From: Patescibacteria group bacterium
GTDB taxonomy: Bacteria > Patescibacteriota > Minisyncoccia > Phycocordibacterales > UBA1550
Length of the DNA: 61,785 bases
Reading direction: 5' to 3'
Assembly (NCBI GenBank): GCA_038061275.1
Contig: JBBTZQ010000018.1
Span: 1-61,785 of the forward strand
The translations under genes and the position numbers were made by a program. The notes below the pieces were generated by a model that worked only from the letters and a program-made list of their open reading frames with translations, searched no databases and was not told the DNA's origin. Every line of letters starts with the position of its first letter. Within the stretch, counting starts at the first letter, position 1. This document shows, one piece after another, positions 19,247 to 28,028 of the stretch.

Positions 19247-19756
19247 ATGGATCAATTTAATGTTTCAACAAATAGTTGGCACTGGAAAGTGTATATGTTT
19301 TCAGTAGCTATTTGGGCGAAATTTTTAGGCAATGGAATTTGCCGATATGAGCGTCCAAACTTATGCGAATACATCCGCACCATCTTGGTGTATCTCCCAT
19401 TAATACTTGTAATTAATGTTGGGATATATACCAGCCCATTATGGATTTTTGGGCTGGTGGTACATTATTATGGGTTCTGGGTTATCTTAGAAGTGCTCTC
19501 ATTTCATGCGCCTGTACTTTTGGTTTTCTTAGCAGTGGCGGTAGTCTTTACACTCGTCTTTGTCTTTGCGAACTTACTCGTATATGCAAAGGATAAGTCG
19601 AAGGATAATGAATATACCAGTTCTCAGCCTGAAATGGTAGGAGAGGTTGTCGAAAAAAGACCATTGTCGTTCACTAAGATGATTCTTCAATACTTGTCTG
19701 ATAGGCATGATATGTTTTGCCGTCAAATCCGTCCAACAACAAAGGAGCTGAAATGA
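19247..19756 (+). CDS. hypothetical integral membrane protein
   Basis: 169-aa ORF with 3-4 hydrophobic helices. Its stop overlaps the next start (ATGA). Confidence 0.45.
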   Translation: MDQFNVSTNSWHWKVYMFSVAIWAKFLGNGICRYERPNLCEYIRTILVYLPLILVINVGIYTSPLWIFGLVVHYYGFWVILEVLSFHAPVLLVFLAVAVVFTLVFVFANLLVYAKDKSKDNEYTSSQPEMVGEVVEKRPLSFTKMILQYLSDRHDMFCRQIRPTTKELK

Positions 19757-20127
19757 ACCACAGCGCATTCGTTTACTGGACACATGATAAAGCCTGCACG
19801 CTCGGCCAAATGCTCGCACTGTTCCTATTGATCGGAATTTGTGGAGCAATATTTTGGGGTACAGCACACAGTATTGCGACTAAAGAAACGCACGCTGTGC
19901 GTGAAAACTGCAAAATAACATCAATTGATATTGTAGGGGTTGGTGAAGCAGCCGAGGAAAAGCCTAGTGTAATCGTGAATGCGTCCTGTTCGTTTGGACA
20001 AGTCACACAGGAATGGGATTCAGCGAATACGGTTCTTGCTTTCGCTATAACCAAACCTCAAGAGATAGCGTGTTACGAAAAAAAATACGCACATAAAATG
20101 GTTAAAGGGTGCGATAAACCAAAGTAA
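19753..20127 (+). CDS. hypothetical membrane-anchored protein
   Basis: ATG at 19753 preceded by AAGGAG, one TM helix, terminator downstream. The ORF track's longer 19717 start overlaps the previous gene. Confidence 0.45.
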   Translation: MNHSAFVYWTHDKACTLGQMLALFLLIGICGAIFWGTAHSIATKETHAVRENCKITSIDIVGVGEAAEEKPSVIVNASCSFGQVTQEWDSANTVLAFAITKPQEIACYEKKYAHKMVKGCDKPK

Positions 20128-20149
20128 ACCTAAGCCAACTACGAACACT

Positions 20150-20182
20150 AACCCCTTCTTTTGAAGGGGTTTTTCTTTTTTA
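20150..20182 (+). terminator. rho-independent terminator
   Basis: aacccctt cttttg aaggggtt followed by tttctttttt. Confidence 0.8.
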
Positions 20183-20221
20183 ACTTTCAAAATTTATTTT
20201 GATGTGCGACAATGGGAAGAC

Positions 20222-21079
20222 ATGAACAAATCACACAATGATATGGTATGGGTCATCAAGACCTCGGGAGCGCGCGAGCCGTTCTCCATGGAAAAACTTC
20301 GCCGGTCGCTCGTACGTTCAGGTGCGGACACGGAAACGATCGAGATGGTCGTCTCGCATCTCACGCCCGAGATCAAAGACGGCATGAAGACTTCCGCGAT
20401 CTACAAGCATGCATTCTCGCTTCTCAAAAAAGCTAAATATCCAGTTGCGGTACGGTACTCGCTCCGAAAGGCCGTGATGGAGCTCGGGCCGAGCGGATTT
20501 CCCTTTGAAAAATATATTGCGGAGGTACTCCGCGGAAAAGGGTACACGGCAACGACGGGCGCGATCCTTCAGGGCTTTTGCGTGTCCCATGAAGTCGATG
20601 TGCTCATGGAAAAAGAGAATCGCCATATTTTTGTCGAGTGTAAATTTCATAATCAGCAGGGGGTGAAGACCGATGTGAAGGTGGCTCTCTATGTGCATGC
20701 GCGATTCCTCGACCTTCAGAAAGCGCATGATGTGCGAGAGTTTAAAGATGCTCCTGTCATTCATGAAGGATGGCTTGTTACGAACACGAAACTTACACAT
20801 GATGCGGTCCAGTACGCACAATGCGCTGGACTAACAGTCATCGGGTGGGATTATCCTGAAAAAGGGAATCTTCAAGATCTTATTTTAGAAACTGGAGTGC
20901 ATCCATTAACATTTTTGAATACGCTCAGCATGAGTGAAAAATCAGATCTTATTTCCTCTGGTGTTGTGATGTGTCGCGACCTCAAAAATGACAGCACTTC
21001 CTTGCGCAACTTGGGATTTTCAGATGACAGGATTGCTGGCGTGGTGAAGGAAATCGATCTCGTGTGTAAAGAACTTTAA
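20222..21079 (+). CDS. ATP-cone domain fused to a PD-(D/E)XK (Mrr-like) restriction-endonuclease-fold domain
   Basis: N-terminus ..VWVIKTSGAREPFSMEKLRRSLVRSGA.. is ATP-cone-like. ..HEVDVLMEKENRHIFVECKFH.. is a D..E.K nuclease core. Start is ambiguous (GTG 20204, ATG 20222 or ATG 20243). Confidence 0.6.
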   Translation: MNKSHNDMVWVIKTSGAREPFSMEKLRRSLVRSGADTETIEMVVSHLTPEIKDGMKTSAIYKHAFSLLKKAKYPVAVRYSLRKAVMELGPSGFPFEKYIAEVLRGKGYTATTGAILQGFCVSHEVDVLMEKENRHIFVECKFHNQQGVKTDVKVALYVHARFLDLQKAHDVREFKDAPVIHEGWLVTNTKLTHDAVQYAQCAGLTVIGWDYPEKGNLQDLILETGVHPLTFLNTLSMSEKSDLISSGVVMCRDLKNDSTSLRNLGFSDDRIAGVVKEIDLVCKEL

Positions 21080-21119
21080 TTTTATAGTTATTTTATTAAT
21101 CATTTGATATACTAAAAAT

Positions 21120-21599
21120 ATGGAAATCACAACACTATTAAACGACCCAAACTTTGAAACTGTTATGAAATTGTTTACGGCGCTGTTTCTAGGTATGTCG
21201 CTTGGTATAGAACGGGCAATTGTGGGGAAAACCGCTGGCATGCGTACGTACGGCCTTGTTACTATGGGGTCTGCGCTCTTCGTCATTATTGGCGTTACTG
21301 CGGCAGGCGGATTTAACTCTGCCGTAGCTTCCGTAGAGTCTCTCCGTATGACAGGACAAATAATTGTCGGCGTCGGATTCCTCGGAGCGGGACTTATTTT
21401 TCATCAGGGGGCGAAGGTAAGTGGCGTCACAACCGCTGCTGGTATTTGGGTTGCAGCTGGTATTGGCATGGCGATAGGATATGGGCTCTATGTTCTTGCC
21501 GTCGCAACAACTGTTCTTGCTATTTTTATTTTTACGGTGTTATGGAATTTAGAAAATAGTCTCAAGAAGTTTGCTCACCAAGAAGATAAGGAAGACTAA
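21120..21599 (+). CDS. MgtC/SapB family membrane protein
   Basis: ..LFLGMSLGIERAIVGKTAGMRTYGLVTMGSALF.. is the conserved MgtC N-terminal membrane domain. Confidence 0.8.
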   Translation: MEITTLLNDPNFETVMKLFTALFLGMSLGIERAIVGKTAGMRTYGLVTMGSALFVIIGVTAAGGFNSAVASVESLRMTGQIIVGVGFLGAGLIFHQGAKVSGVTTAAGIWVAAGIGMAIGYGLYVLAVATTVLAIFIFTVLWNLENSLKKFAHQEDKED

Positions 21600-21605
21600 C
21601 ATTTT

Positions 21606-21692
21606 ATGGAGTACTTCATCCTTTTTATTTCACTTGCGCTCATAGCCCTCATCGCAAAAGACCTTGCTGAGAACAAAAAGAATAAAAAATAA
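21606..21692 (+). CDS. possible 28-aa hydrophobic mini-protein (MEYFILFISLALIALIAKDLAENKKNKK)
   Basis: Not in the ORF track (<60 aa). It exactly fills the gap between mgtC (stop 21599) and the next gene (start 21698). One TM-like helix plus a basic tail. Confidence 0.2.
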   Translation: MEYFILFISLALIALIAKDLAENKKNKK

Positions 21693-21697
21693 TTTCT

Positions 21698-22120
21698 ATG
21701 TGGCTATTTTATGCATTTCTCTCAGCCTTCATGGCGGCCCTTGTCGCGATATTCGCGAAGCTCGGCTTAAAAACAATTGACCCGACACTTGCAACAACGG
21801 TAAGGGCAATCATCATGGCGCTGTTTCTAGTGTTTGTCGCTTTAGCACTTAATAAATTTAATGGATTTACTCTTGAATCTTTTACTGGACGAGAATGGAT
21901 ACTGATTATCCTTTCCGCGGTTGCGGGAGCGCTTTCATGGCTTTTTTATTTCTTTGCGCTAAAAACTGGTAATGTAGTACAAGTGGCAGCTATAGACAGA
22001 CTCTCTGTCGTTTTTGTAATCATTCTAGCAGCGATAGTCTTAGGCGAGGCTTTAACTTGGAAGACAATGCTTGGCGGGTTACTTATTGTTGGGGGAGCAC
22101 TTCTCATCATGCTCAAGTAA
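21698..22120 (+). CDS. EamA-like (DMT superfamily) small transporter, single EamA repeat
   Basis: 140 aa with 4-5 TM helices. ..LFYAFLSAFMAALVAIFAKLGL.. and ..FFALKTGNVVQVAAIDRLS.. are typical EamA motifs. Confidence 0.7.
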   Translation: MWLFYAFLSAFMAALVAIFAKLGLKTIDPTLATTVRAIIMALFLVFVALALNKFNGFTLESFTGREWILIILSAVAGALSWLFYFFALKTGNVVQVAAIDRLSVVFVIILAAIVLGEALTWKTMLGGLLIVGGALLIMLK

Positions 22121-22168
22121 AGTTTCATTTTTATATATTTAATGGTATACAGGATATAATCAACCTAT

Positions 22169-23980
22169 ATGGATTCAAGAGATATTAGATCAAGATTTTT
22201 AACTTTTTTTGAGAAAAGGGGACACTCCGTGATTCCTTCTGCTCCTCTTGTGCCTGAAAATGACCCATCTGTCCTTTTTAATACTGCAGGTATGCAACCT
22301 CTTGTTCCTTATCTCATGGGAACACCGCATCCGCGCGGGGAGCGCCTCGTAAACTCGCAAAAATGCGTCCGCACGCAGGATATCGAAGAAGTTGGGGATA
22401 ATACACACGATACATTTTTTGAAATGCTTGGTAACTGGTCGCTCGGGGACTATTTCAAGGAAGGCGCTATTAAGTGGAGCTATGAATTTCTGACTTCAAA
22501 AGAGGAAGGACTTGGACTTAACCCAGCGCGTCTTTATGTCACAGTTTTTGAAGGAGATGAGAATGCTCCTCGTGATAATGAGGCATTCGAAATTTGGAAG
22601 AAGTACATGCCTGAGAACCGCATATATTTCATGCCTGCCAAATCAAACTGGTGGAGTCCTGGAGATAATGGCCCATGTGGTCCAGACACGGAAATGTTTT
22701 ACGACGTCACCGAGCAGGGTTTAGGCGACATGACTAAAGACGAGTATCTTTCTGCTGACGACAAACAGCAAGTTGTAGAAATATGGAACGACGTATTTAT
22801 GGAATATGAGAAGAAAGATGGCAAGGTCATCGGTAAGCTAGCAAAGAAAAATGTTGACACAGGTTCTGGGCTTGAGCGTGTCGTGATGATGGTTCAAGGA
22901 AAGAATAATGTGTTTGACACCGATCTTTTCTCGCCAATCATGAATAAAATAGCAGAGTTATCTCAAAACAAATCTGACGATGTTCGCGCACTCCGCATTG
23001 TTTCCGATCACGTACGAACTTCGGTTATGATGATTGCTGACGGTGTGCGCCCATCGAACACAGATCAGGGATATATATTACGACGTCTCCTTCGTCGCGC
23101 TGTGCGCTATTCTGACATGCTTGGAGTTCCTCACGACAAACTCTCGGAGCTCGTGAGTGTGGTGGCGAGGATATATGAAGGCGTGTATGATAATGTTGGC
23201 AACCAAACTGAGGTCATTGAACGAGAGATCGCGGAGGAAGAGACAAAATTTAGAAATACGCTTGAACATGGAATGAAAGAATTTAGAAACTATATCAAAA
23301 GCGGTTCTTTTCATCGTGGTGAGGCAATGAATAATTTTTCGAAGGTACTACCTGCAAGTGTTGCCTTTAGATTATTTTCGACATATGGTTTTCCAATTGA
23401 GTTAACTGAAGAAATTGCAAAAGAAGAAGGTATTGTGGTTGATCGTGCTGACTTTGATGCCGAATTCAAAAAACATCAGGAACTTTCCCGCGCTGGAGCA
23501 GAGCAAAAATTCAAAGGGGGACTAGCCGACACAAGCGAAATGTCAGTTAAGTATCATACAGCTACCCACATGCTTCACAAGGCGCTTAAGATGGTGCTTG
23601 GAGAGCACGCATCTCAAAAGGGTTCGAACATCACCGCAGAGCGATTGCGCTTTGATTTTACACATGACCAAAAAATGACCGATGAGCAAAAGCGTGCTGT
23701 TGAGGACATCATAAATCAAAAGATAAAAGAAGCTCTCCCCGTCCGCTATGAAGATATTTCCATGGACGAGGCAAAGAAGCGGGGAGCAATAGGCCTATTT
23801 GAAGAAAAATATGGTGATTTAGTTCGCGTCTATCAGATTGGAGACAAGGATCAAAAATTTAGCTTGGAGCTCTGTGGAGGCCCTCATGTTTTGAATACAG
23901 GTGAACTTGGACATTTCAAGATTCAAAAAGAAGAAGCAGTCGCACAAGGAATCAGACGTATAAAAGCAACTCTTGGATAA
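22169..23980 (+). CDS. alaS: alanine--tRNA ligase, short form (no C-Ala domain)
   Basis: ..FNTAGMQPL.., ..FFEMLGNWSLGDYFK.., ..DTGSGLERV.., and editing motifs HTATHMLH and CGGPHV. The protein ends just after the editing core (603 aa). Confidence 0.9.
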   Translation: MDSRDIRSRFLTFFEKRGHSVIPSAPLVPENDPSVLFNTAGMQPLVPYLMGTPHPRGERLVNSQKCVRTQDIEEVGDNTHDTFFEMLGNWSLGDYFKEGAIKWSYEFLTSKEEGLGLNPARLYVTVFEGDENAPRDNEAFEIWKKYMPENRIYFMPAKSNWWSPGDNGPCGPDTEMFYDVTEQGLGDMTKDEYLSADDKQQVVEIWNDVFMEYEKKDGKVIGKLAKKNVDTGSGLERVVMMVQGKNNVFDTDLFSPIMNKIAELSQNKSDDVRALRIVSDHVRTSVMMIADGVRPSNTDQGYILRRLLRRAVRYSDMLGVPHDKLSELVSVVARIYEGVYDNVGNQTEVIEREIAEEETKFRNTLEHGMKEFRNYIKSGSFHRGEAMNNFSKVLPASVAFRLFSTYGFPIELTEEIAKEEGIVVDRADFDAEFKKHQELSRAGAEQKFKGGLADTSEMSVKYHTATHMLHKALKMVLGEHASQKGSNITAERLRFDFTHDQKMTDEQKRAVEDIINQKIKEALPVRYEDISMDEAKKRGAIGLFEEKYGDLVRVYQIGDKDQKFSLELCGGPHVLNTGELGHFKIQKEEAVAQGIRRIKATLG

Positions 23981-24003
23981 AAGCTAAATAAATTTCTTTC
24001 AAT

Positions 24004-24035
24004 AAAAAACGACATATTCAAGTATGTCGTTTTTT
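24004..24035 (+). terminator. rho-independent terminator
   Basis: aaaaaacgacata ttcaag tatgtcgtttttt. Confidence 0.8.
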
Positions 24036-24075
24036 ATTGAAATGATTTTCCTTTGCATGGTATACTGTACTTATT

Positions 24076-25278
24076 ATGGTATTTTCTTTTCTTTTCAGCG
24101 AGAAACAAGACGACACACTCGCACTCCTCATTGATATAGGTTCGGCAAGCGTGGGAACTGCAATTGTTTCTCTTGAGGGAAAAAAATCAATCCTTAAAAC
24201 AAACAAAGTACCTCATGTTTTTGCAACAAACAGAGAGACGATACCGTTTCAAGAAACACTGTCATCAGCACCATTCCTTTCTGCGATGAATCATGCGCTT
24301 GAGCGTTCACTCAAGAATATTCAAAAGAAAACGAGGAGTCGTAGACCCCCCGCTCATATTTATTGCACGCTTTCATCACCATGGTTTATTTCTAAAACAC
24401 GGCATATTCAAATTTCGCGAGAGACTTCCTTTAAGGTTGATGAAAAAATACTCAATGATTTTCTTGATGAGGATATAGAAAATCTAAAGAAAGAACTTAA
24501 CGGCACGCTCACAGTAAAAGACATCGCTGTTATTGAAAAAAAAATCATTCAAATGAAGCTGAACGGGTACGAGATTAAAAATCCCTTAGGGAAAACTACT
24601 CCTCAAATAGAAATAATCTCAAACGTAAGTCTTTCTTCAGACAGGACTATTGAAAGCATTGAGCGCGCGATTGGGCATTTTTTCCATACCAAATCAATGC
24701 ATTTTTGTTCGTTCCCTCTTGCTGCATACAGTACGGTGAGAGATATATTCCCTGAAAAGAAAAATTTTTTGTTTATAGATATCACGGGAGAAGCAACTGA
24801 CATATCGCTCATCTCTAATGATCTTTTGATTGGCACCACTTCATTTGCGCAAGGGAAAAATTTCTTTATTCGTGCGATTTCCTCTGAGTTCAAAACACCA
24901 CACGAGGAAGCAGCTACTCTTTTTGGAATGTTTCTCAGTAATGCTTTGGATGCGAAGACTGAAGAGGCGGTTGCAACCGTAGTTAATAAAGGTCATACTG
25001 AATGGAGTACTCAGCTCGAAAAGTCGCTGATTACGCTAGCGAAAGAAACTCAAATCCCGAACGCGGTATATTTTACTTGTGATTCTGATGTGGCAACTCT
25101 TTTTTTGGGACTTATTGATAATTTAAAATCTGAATCTTTGGCAAACAATAATTTTGAAGCCAAATATATCGATCATTTTGCCGTAGCATCGTCTGTTACC
25201 TTTAACCCAAGTGTTGTCCGCGATCCATTTCTGGTGATAGAGGCACTGTTTGCATTTAAGCTTAACCAACAAAAATAA
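24076..25278 (+). CDS. hypothetical protein, actin-like ATPase (ASKHA; FtsA/PilM-like) fold suspected
   Basis: ..LALLIDIGSASVGTAIV.. (phosphate-1-like) and ..FLFIDITGEATDISLI.. (phosphate-2-like) spaced as in FtsA/PilM. Confidence 0.4.
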   Translation: MVFSFLFSEKQDDTLALLIDIGSASVGTAIVSLEGKKSILKTNKVPHVFATNRETIPFQETLSSAPFLSAMNHALERSLKNIQKKTRSRRPPAHIYCTLSSPWFISKTRHIQISRETSFKVDEKILNDFLDEDIENLKKELNGTLTVKDIAVIEKKIIQMKLNGYEIKNPLGKTTPQIEIISNVSLSSDRTIESIERAIGHFFHTKSMHFCSFPLAAYSTVRDIFPEKKNFLFIDITGEATDISLISNDLLIGTTSFAQGKNFFIRAISSEFKTPHEEAATLFGMFLSNALDAKTEEAVATVVNKGHTEWSTQLEKSLITLAKETQIPNAVYFTCDSDVATLFLGLIDNLKSESLANNNFEAKYIDHFAVASSVTFNPSVVRDPFLVIEALFAFKLNQQK

Positions 25279-25279
25279 T

Positions 25280-26617
25280 ATGGATGGAATAAAAAGAAAA
25301 TTAAATCAGGATTTACCTACGCCGAAGTCTGAGATTGCACGGAGACCTTCGTATGCGCCCGAGCTTCGTCCAGACCTTTTGCCAAGCGACACAAGTGAAC
25401 GTATTTCGAAAAATCCTTTTTTTGAAAAGAGCGATCATGTGAATGAAACTTTTCGTGTTAAGCCTGAAAGAAACAATCCTCTATTATTGTGGGGATTAGC
25501 TGTTATTTCTTTAGTCGTTCTTGGGTTGATACTTGTTACGAGTTATTTTTCATCCGCCACCATTGAAATTGTTCCCGTGACTCAAAAGATAGAGATTGAC
25601 CAAGAATTTACTGCGGTCAAAGATCCAGAAGAAAACCAACTCGCGTTCTATTCTATGGTCTTAAATGAGGAAAAAGCAAAGGAAATACCGGCAACTATAG
25701 AAAAAAAGATTCAAGAGAAAGCTTCTGGAAGAGTGATTATTTTTAATACTTACAGTAAGGATCCTCAACGGCTCATAAAAAATACACGTCTTGAGGCAAC
25801 AGGAGGGAAGATATTCAGAATCAATGATTCCGTAGTTGTTCCCGGCACAAAAATGGTAAATGGAAAAATGGAACCTGGGCAAATAGAAGCTGTTGCATAT
25901 GCGGACGCTGCAGGCAAGGAATACAATTTGGGGGTTGTTGACTTCACGATTCCAGGATTTAAGGGCGACCCTCGCTACACTAAATTTTTTGCTCGTTCTG
26001 TAGAATCGAGCCCTCTCTCGGGCGGTTTTTCTGGGAGCGTAAAGGTACCTTCAGACGAAGATATTTCTAAAGCTCAACAAGAACTAAAAGAAGATCTAAA
26101 AAAATCCTCTATAGAAAAAGCACAGGCTAAAATTCCTGAAGGAGTAACATTTTTCCCAGGAAGTGTTGTGCTTAAATATGAAGAAGTTCCACAGGACCCT
26201 TCTCAAGAAGAACGCAAGAATGTAATAGTGAAATCAACTCTTTTAGTATTCTTTTTTGACACCGCTTCATTGACCAATAAAATGGCTAAAGAAGTTCTTA
26301 AGGAGGATAAGAATGCTGCGCAAACAATTTCCAATATGTCCTCGCTCGTTTTCTCGTTTGTTGACCCCGTGGACAATATCATTTTAAGCGATCTTTCAGC
26401 AATTAAGTTTAGAATTGCAGGGAATATAGTTTTTGTCGGTGATATCAATAAAGAAAAGCTCGTTAAAGACCTCGCAGGGAAGAACAATAATGAATTCTCA
26501 AGCGTAATAGAACAACAGGCAAACATAAGAAAAGCGAATGGTGAAATATTCCCCATGTGGAATTCTTCGTTTCCAAAGGATCCTGCTGACATATCGGTAA
26601 AAATAATAAACGAGTAA
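25280..26617 (+). CDS. hypothetical bitopic membrane protein (disordered N-terminus, 1 TM, large extracytoplasmic domain)
   Basis: ATG at 25280 lies 1 nt after the previous stop. TM LLLWGLAVISLVVLGLILV. No recognisable catalytic motif. Confidence 0.45.
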   Translation: MDGIKRKLNQDLPTPKSEIARRPSYAPELRPDLLPSDTSERISKNPFFEKSDHVNETFRVKPERNNPLLLWGLAVISLVVLGLILVTSYFSSATIEIVPVTQKIEIDQEFTAVKDPEENQLAFYSMVLNEEKAKEIPATIEKKIQEKASGRVIIFNTYSKDPQRLIKNTRLEATGGKIFRINDSVVVPGTKMVNGKMEPGQIEAVAYADAAGKEYNLGVVDFTIPGFKGDPRYTKFFARSVESSPLSGGFSGSVKVPSDEDISKAQQELKEDLKKSSIEKAQAKIPEGVTFFPGSVVLKYEEVPQDPSQEERKNVIVKSTLLVFFFDTASLTNKMAKEVLKEDKNAAQTISNMSSLVFSFVDPVDNIILSDLSAIKFRIAGNIVFVGDINKEKLVKDLAGKNNNEFSSVIEQQANIRKANGEIFPMWNSSFPKDPADISVKIINE

Positions 26618-26627
26618 ATTCGATTGA

Positions 26628-26656
26628 TTGACTCGGGTTGATATATTTGATATAGT
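26628..26656 (+). promoter_or_regulatory. sigma70-type promoter (TTGACT-N17-TATAGT)
   Basis: Read directly, 12 nt upstream of the infA start. Confidence 0.45.
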
Positions 26657-26667
26657 CTAAATTCTCA

Positions 26668-26883
26668 ATGGTAGAAACAGAAAATGAAGAATTGTTGCAA
26701 GGTGAGGTTATTGAAGCGCTTCCAAGCGCTATGTTTAGAGTAGAGTTCCCAGATGGAAAAATACTCATTGCATACCTTGCTGGAAAAATGAGACTGCATA
26801 GAATCAAGGTCCTTATTGGGGACAAAGTTATTGTGAAAATTGACCCCTACGGCGGGAAGGGGAGAATTTTAAAGAGACTTTAA
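26668..26883 (+). CDS. infA: translation initiation factor IF-1
   Basis: ..GEVIEALPSAMFRVEFPDGKILIAYLAGKMRLHRIKVLIGDKVIVKIDPY.. is the S1-like IF-1 fold. Confidence 0.95.
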   Translation: MVETENEELLQGEVIEALPSAMFRVEFPDGKILIAYLAGKMRLHRIKVLIGDKVIVKIDPYGGKGRILKRL

Positions 26884-26923
26884 CCTTAAAAATGTTTGAG
26901 ATAGAAAGAAAAGGTTTCAGGGC

Positions 26924-26952
26924 TTGCATTAATTTACAAAATGCGTTAGAAT
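26924..26952 (+). promoter_or_regulatory. sigma70-type promoter (TTGCAT-N17-TAGAAT) ahead of rpmJ-rpsM operon
   Basis: Read directly. It leaves a leader of about 90 nt before rpmJ. Confidence 0.45.
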
Positions 26953-27046
26953 AGCCGAATCGTTTTGTTTTTTGAGTTTAGTCTCGAAAATAAGGAAGAT
27001 CCGACGTCTCTTGGTAGAAACAGGTAAAGAGAAATTTAGTATATAT

Positions 27047-27160
27047 ATGAAAGTACGAGCATCAGTAAAAAAGATTTGTGCAAAATGCCAGACGGTCAAG
27101 CGTGGTGATCGTATTCGTGTTATTTGCGCAAATCCTCGTCATAAACAGCGCCAGGGTTAA
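27047..27160 (+). CDS. rpmJ: 50S ribosomal protein L36
   Basis: [37 protein letters not shown] (37 aa, zinc-ribbon CxxC..C..H). The ORF-track 26972 start is an in-frame upstream extension. Confidence 0.9.
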   Translation: MKVRASVKKICAKCQTVKRGDRIRVICANPRHKQRQG

Positions 27161-27183
27161 TATCAAATATAGATTTTAAGATT

Positions 27184-27564
27184 ATGCGTATTTTAGGAGT
27201 TACCATACCGGACGAAAAAAGATTGGAGATCAGCCTCACTGCCGTCTATGGCATCGGGCGTCCTAAGGCTAAAGAAATTCTCGATAATACGGGAATTGAA
27301 CATGGAAAAAAGGCAAAGGAACTAACTCCAGCAGAAGAAGCAAAAATACGAAAGGAGATTGAAGAGCTGACGCTTGAAGGCGATCTTAAGAGAAAAGTAT
27401 CAACGACGATTAAACGTCTCAAGGATATTAAATCCTATCGCGGATCTCGTCACGCGAAAAAACTTCCTGTTCGAGGACAGCGAACAAAGACGAACTCACG
27501 TACTGTTCGCGGAAACGTTCGAAAGACTATGGGTTCTGGAAGACGTAAGGAGGAGAAGAAGTAA
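27184..27564 (+). CDS. rpsM: 30S ribosomal protein S13
   Basis: MRILGVTIPDEKRLEISLTAVYGIG..SYRGSRHAKKLPVRGQRTKTN. Confidence 0.95.
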   Translation: MRILGVTIPDEKRLEISLTAVYGIGRPKAKEILDNTGIEHGKKAKELTPAEEAKIRKEIEELTLEGDLKRKVSTTIKRLKDIKSYRGSRHAKKLPVRGQRTKTNSRTVRGNVRKTMGSGRRKEEKK

Positions 27565-27582
27565 ACATACAATACTACCACT

Positions 27583-28017
27583 ATGGGCAAAAAAAGAATT
27601 ATTAAAAAAGAAGGACAAAGCGTTGACCAAGGGTTGGTGTCGCGCGCTCTTTCGCGCACCGCAAAGAAGAAGCATGTTTCTGGCGTGCTTTATGTTCAAT
27701 CAACTTACAACAACACCAAGTTGTTGGTTGCCGACAAGGCGGGAAATGCGCTCATTTGGTCATCTTCAGGCTCACTTGGCTTCAAGGGTGCAAAGAAGGG
27801 CACACCGTTTGCAGCCGCTAAGGTTGGTGAGCTCGTTGGCGAAAAGGCAGCAATGGTCGGAATTAAGGAGGTTGATGTTGTTGTAAAAGGAGTAGGAGCA
27901 GGTCGCGAAAGCTCGATTCGCGGATTCAATTCAAAAGGAATTGAGATCGCATCAATCAAGGACGTTACCCCCGTTCCCCACAATGGTCCAAAACCTAAGA
28001 AACCAAGAAGGATTTAA
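27583..28017 (+). CDS. rpsK: 30S ribosomal protein S11
   Basis: ..YVQSTYNNTKLLVAD..GSLGFKGAKKGTPFAA..VKGVGAGRESSIR..DVTPVPHNG. Confidence 0.95.
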   Translation: MGKKRIIKKEGQSVDQGLVSRALSRTAKKKHVSGVLYVQSTYNNTKLLVADKAGNALIWSSSGSLGFKGAKKGTPFAAAKVGELVGEKAAMVGIKEVDVVVKGVGAGRESSIRGFNSKGIEIASIKDVTPVPHNGPKPKKPRRI

Positions 28018-28028
28018 TATTATATATT

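Noticed and set aside
26972-27046. N-terminal extension of rpmJ (62-aa track ORF)
   Set aside because: L36 is universally about 37-38 aa, and MKVRASVKK begins at ATG 27047. The upstream part is a leader that happens to be open in frame.
27374-27886. 170-aa alternate-frame ORF spanning rpsM/rpsK
   Set aside because: It overlaps two highly conserved ribosomal protein genes in another frame. Its basic composition is an artefact.
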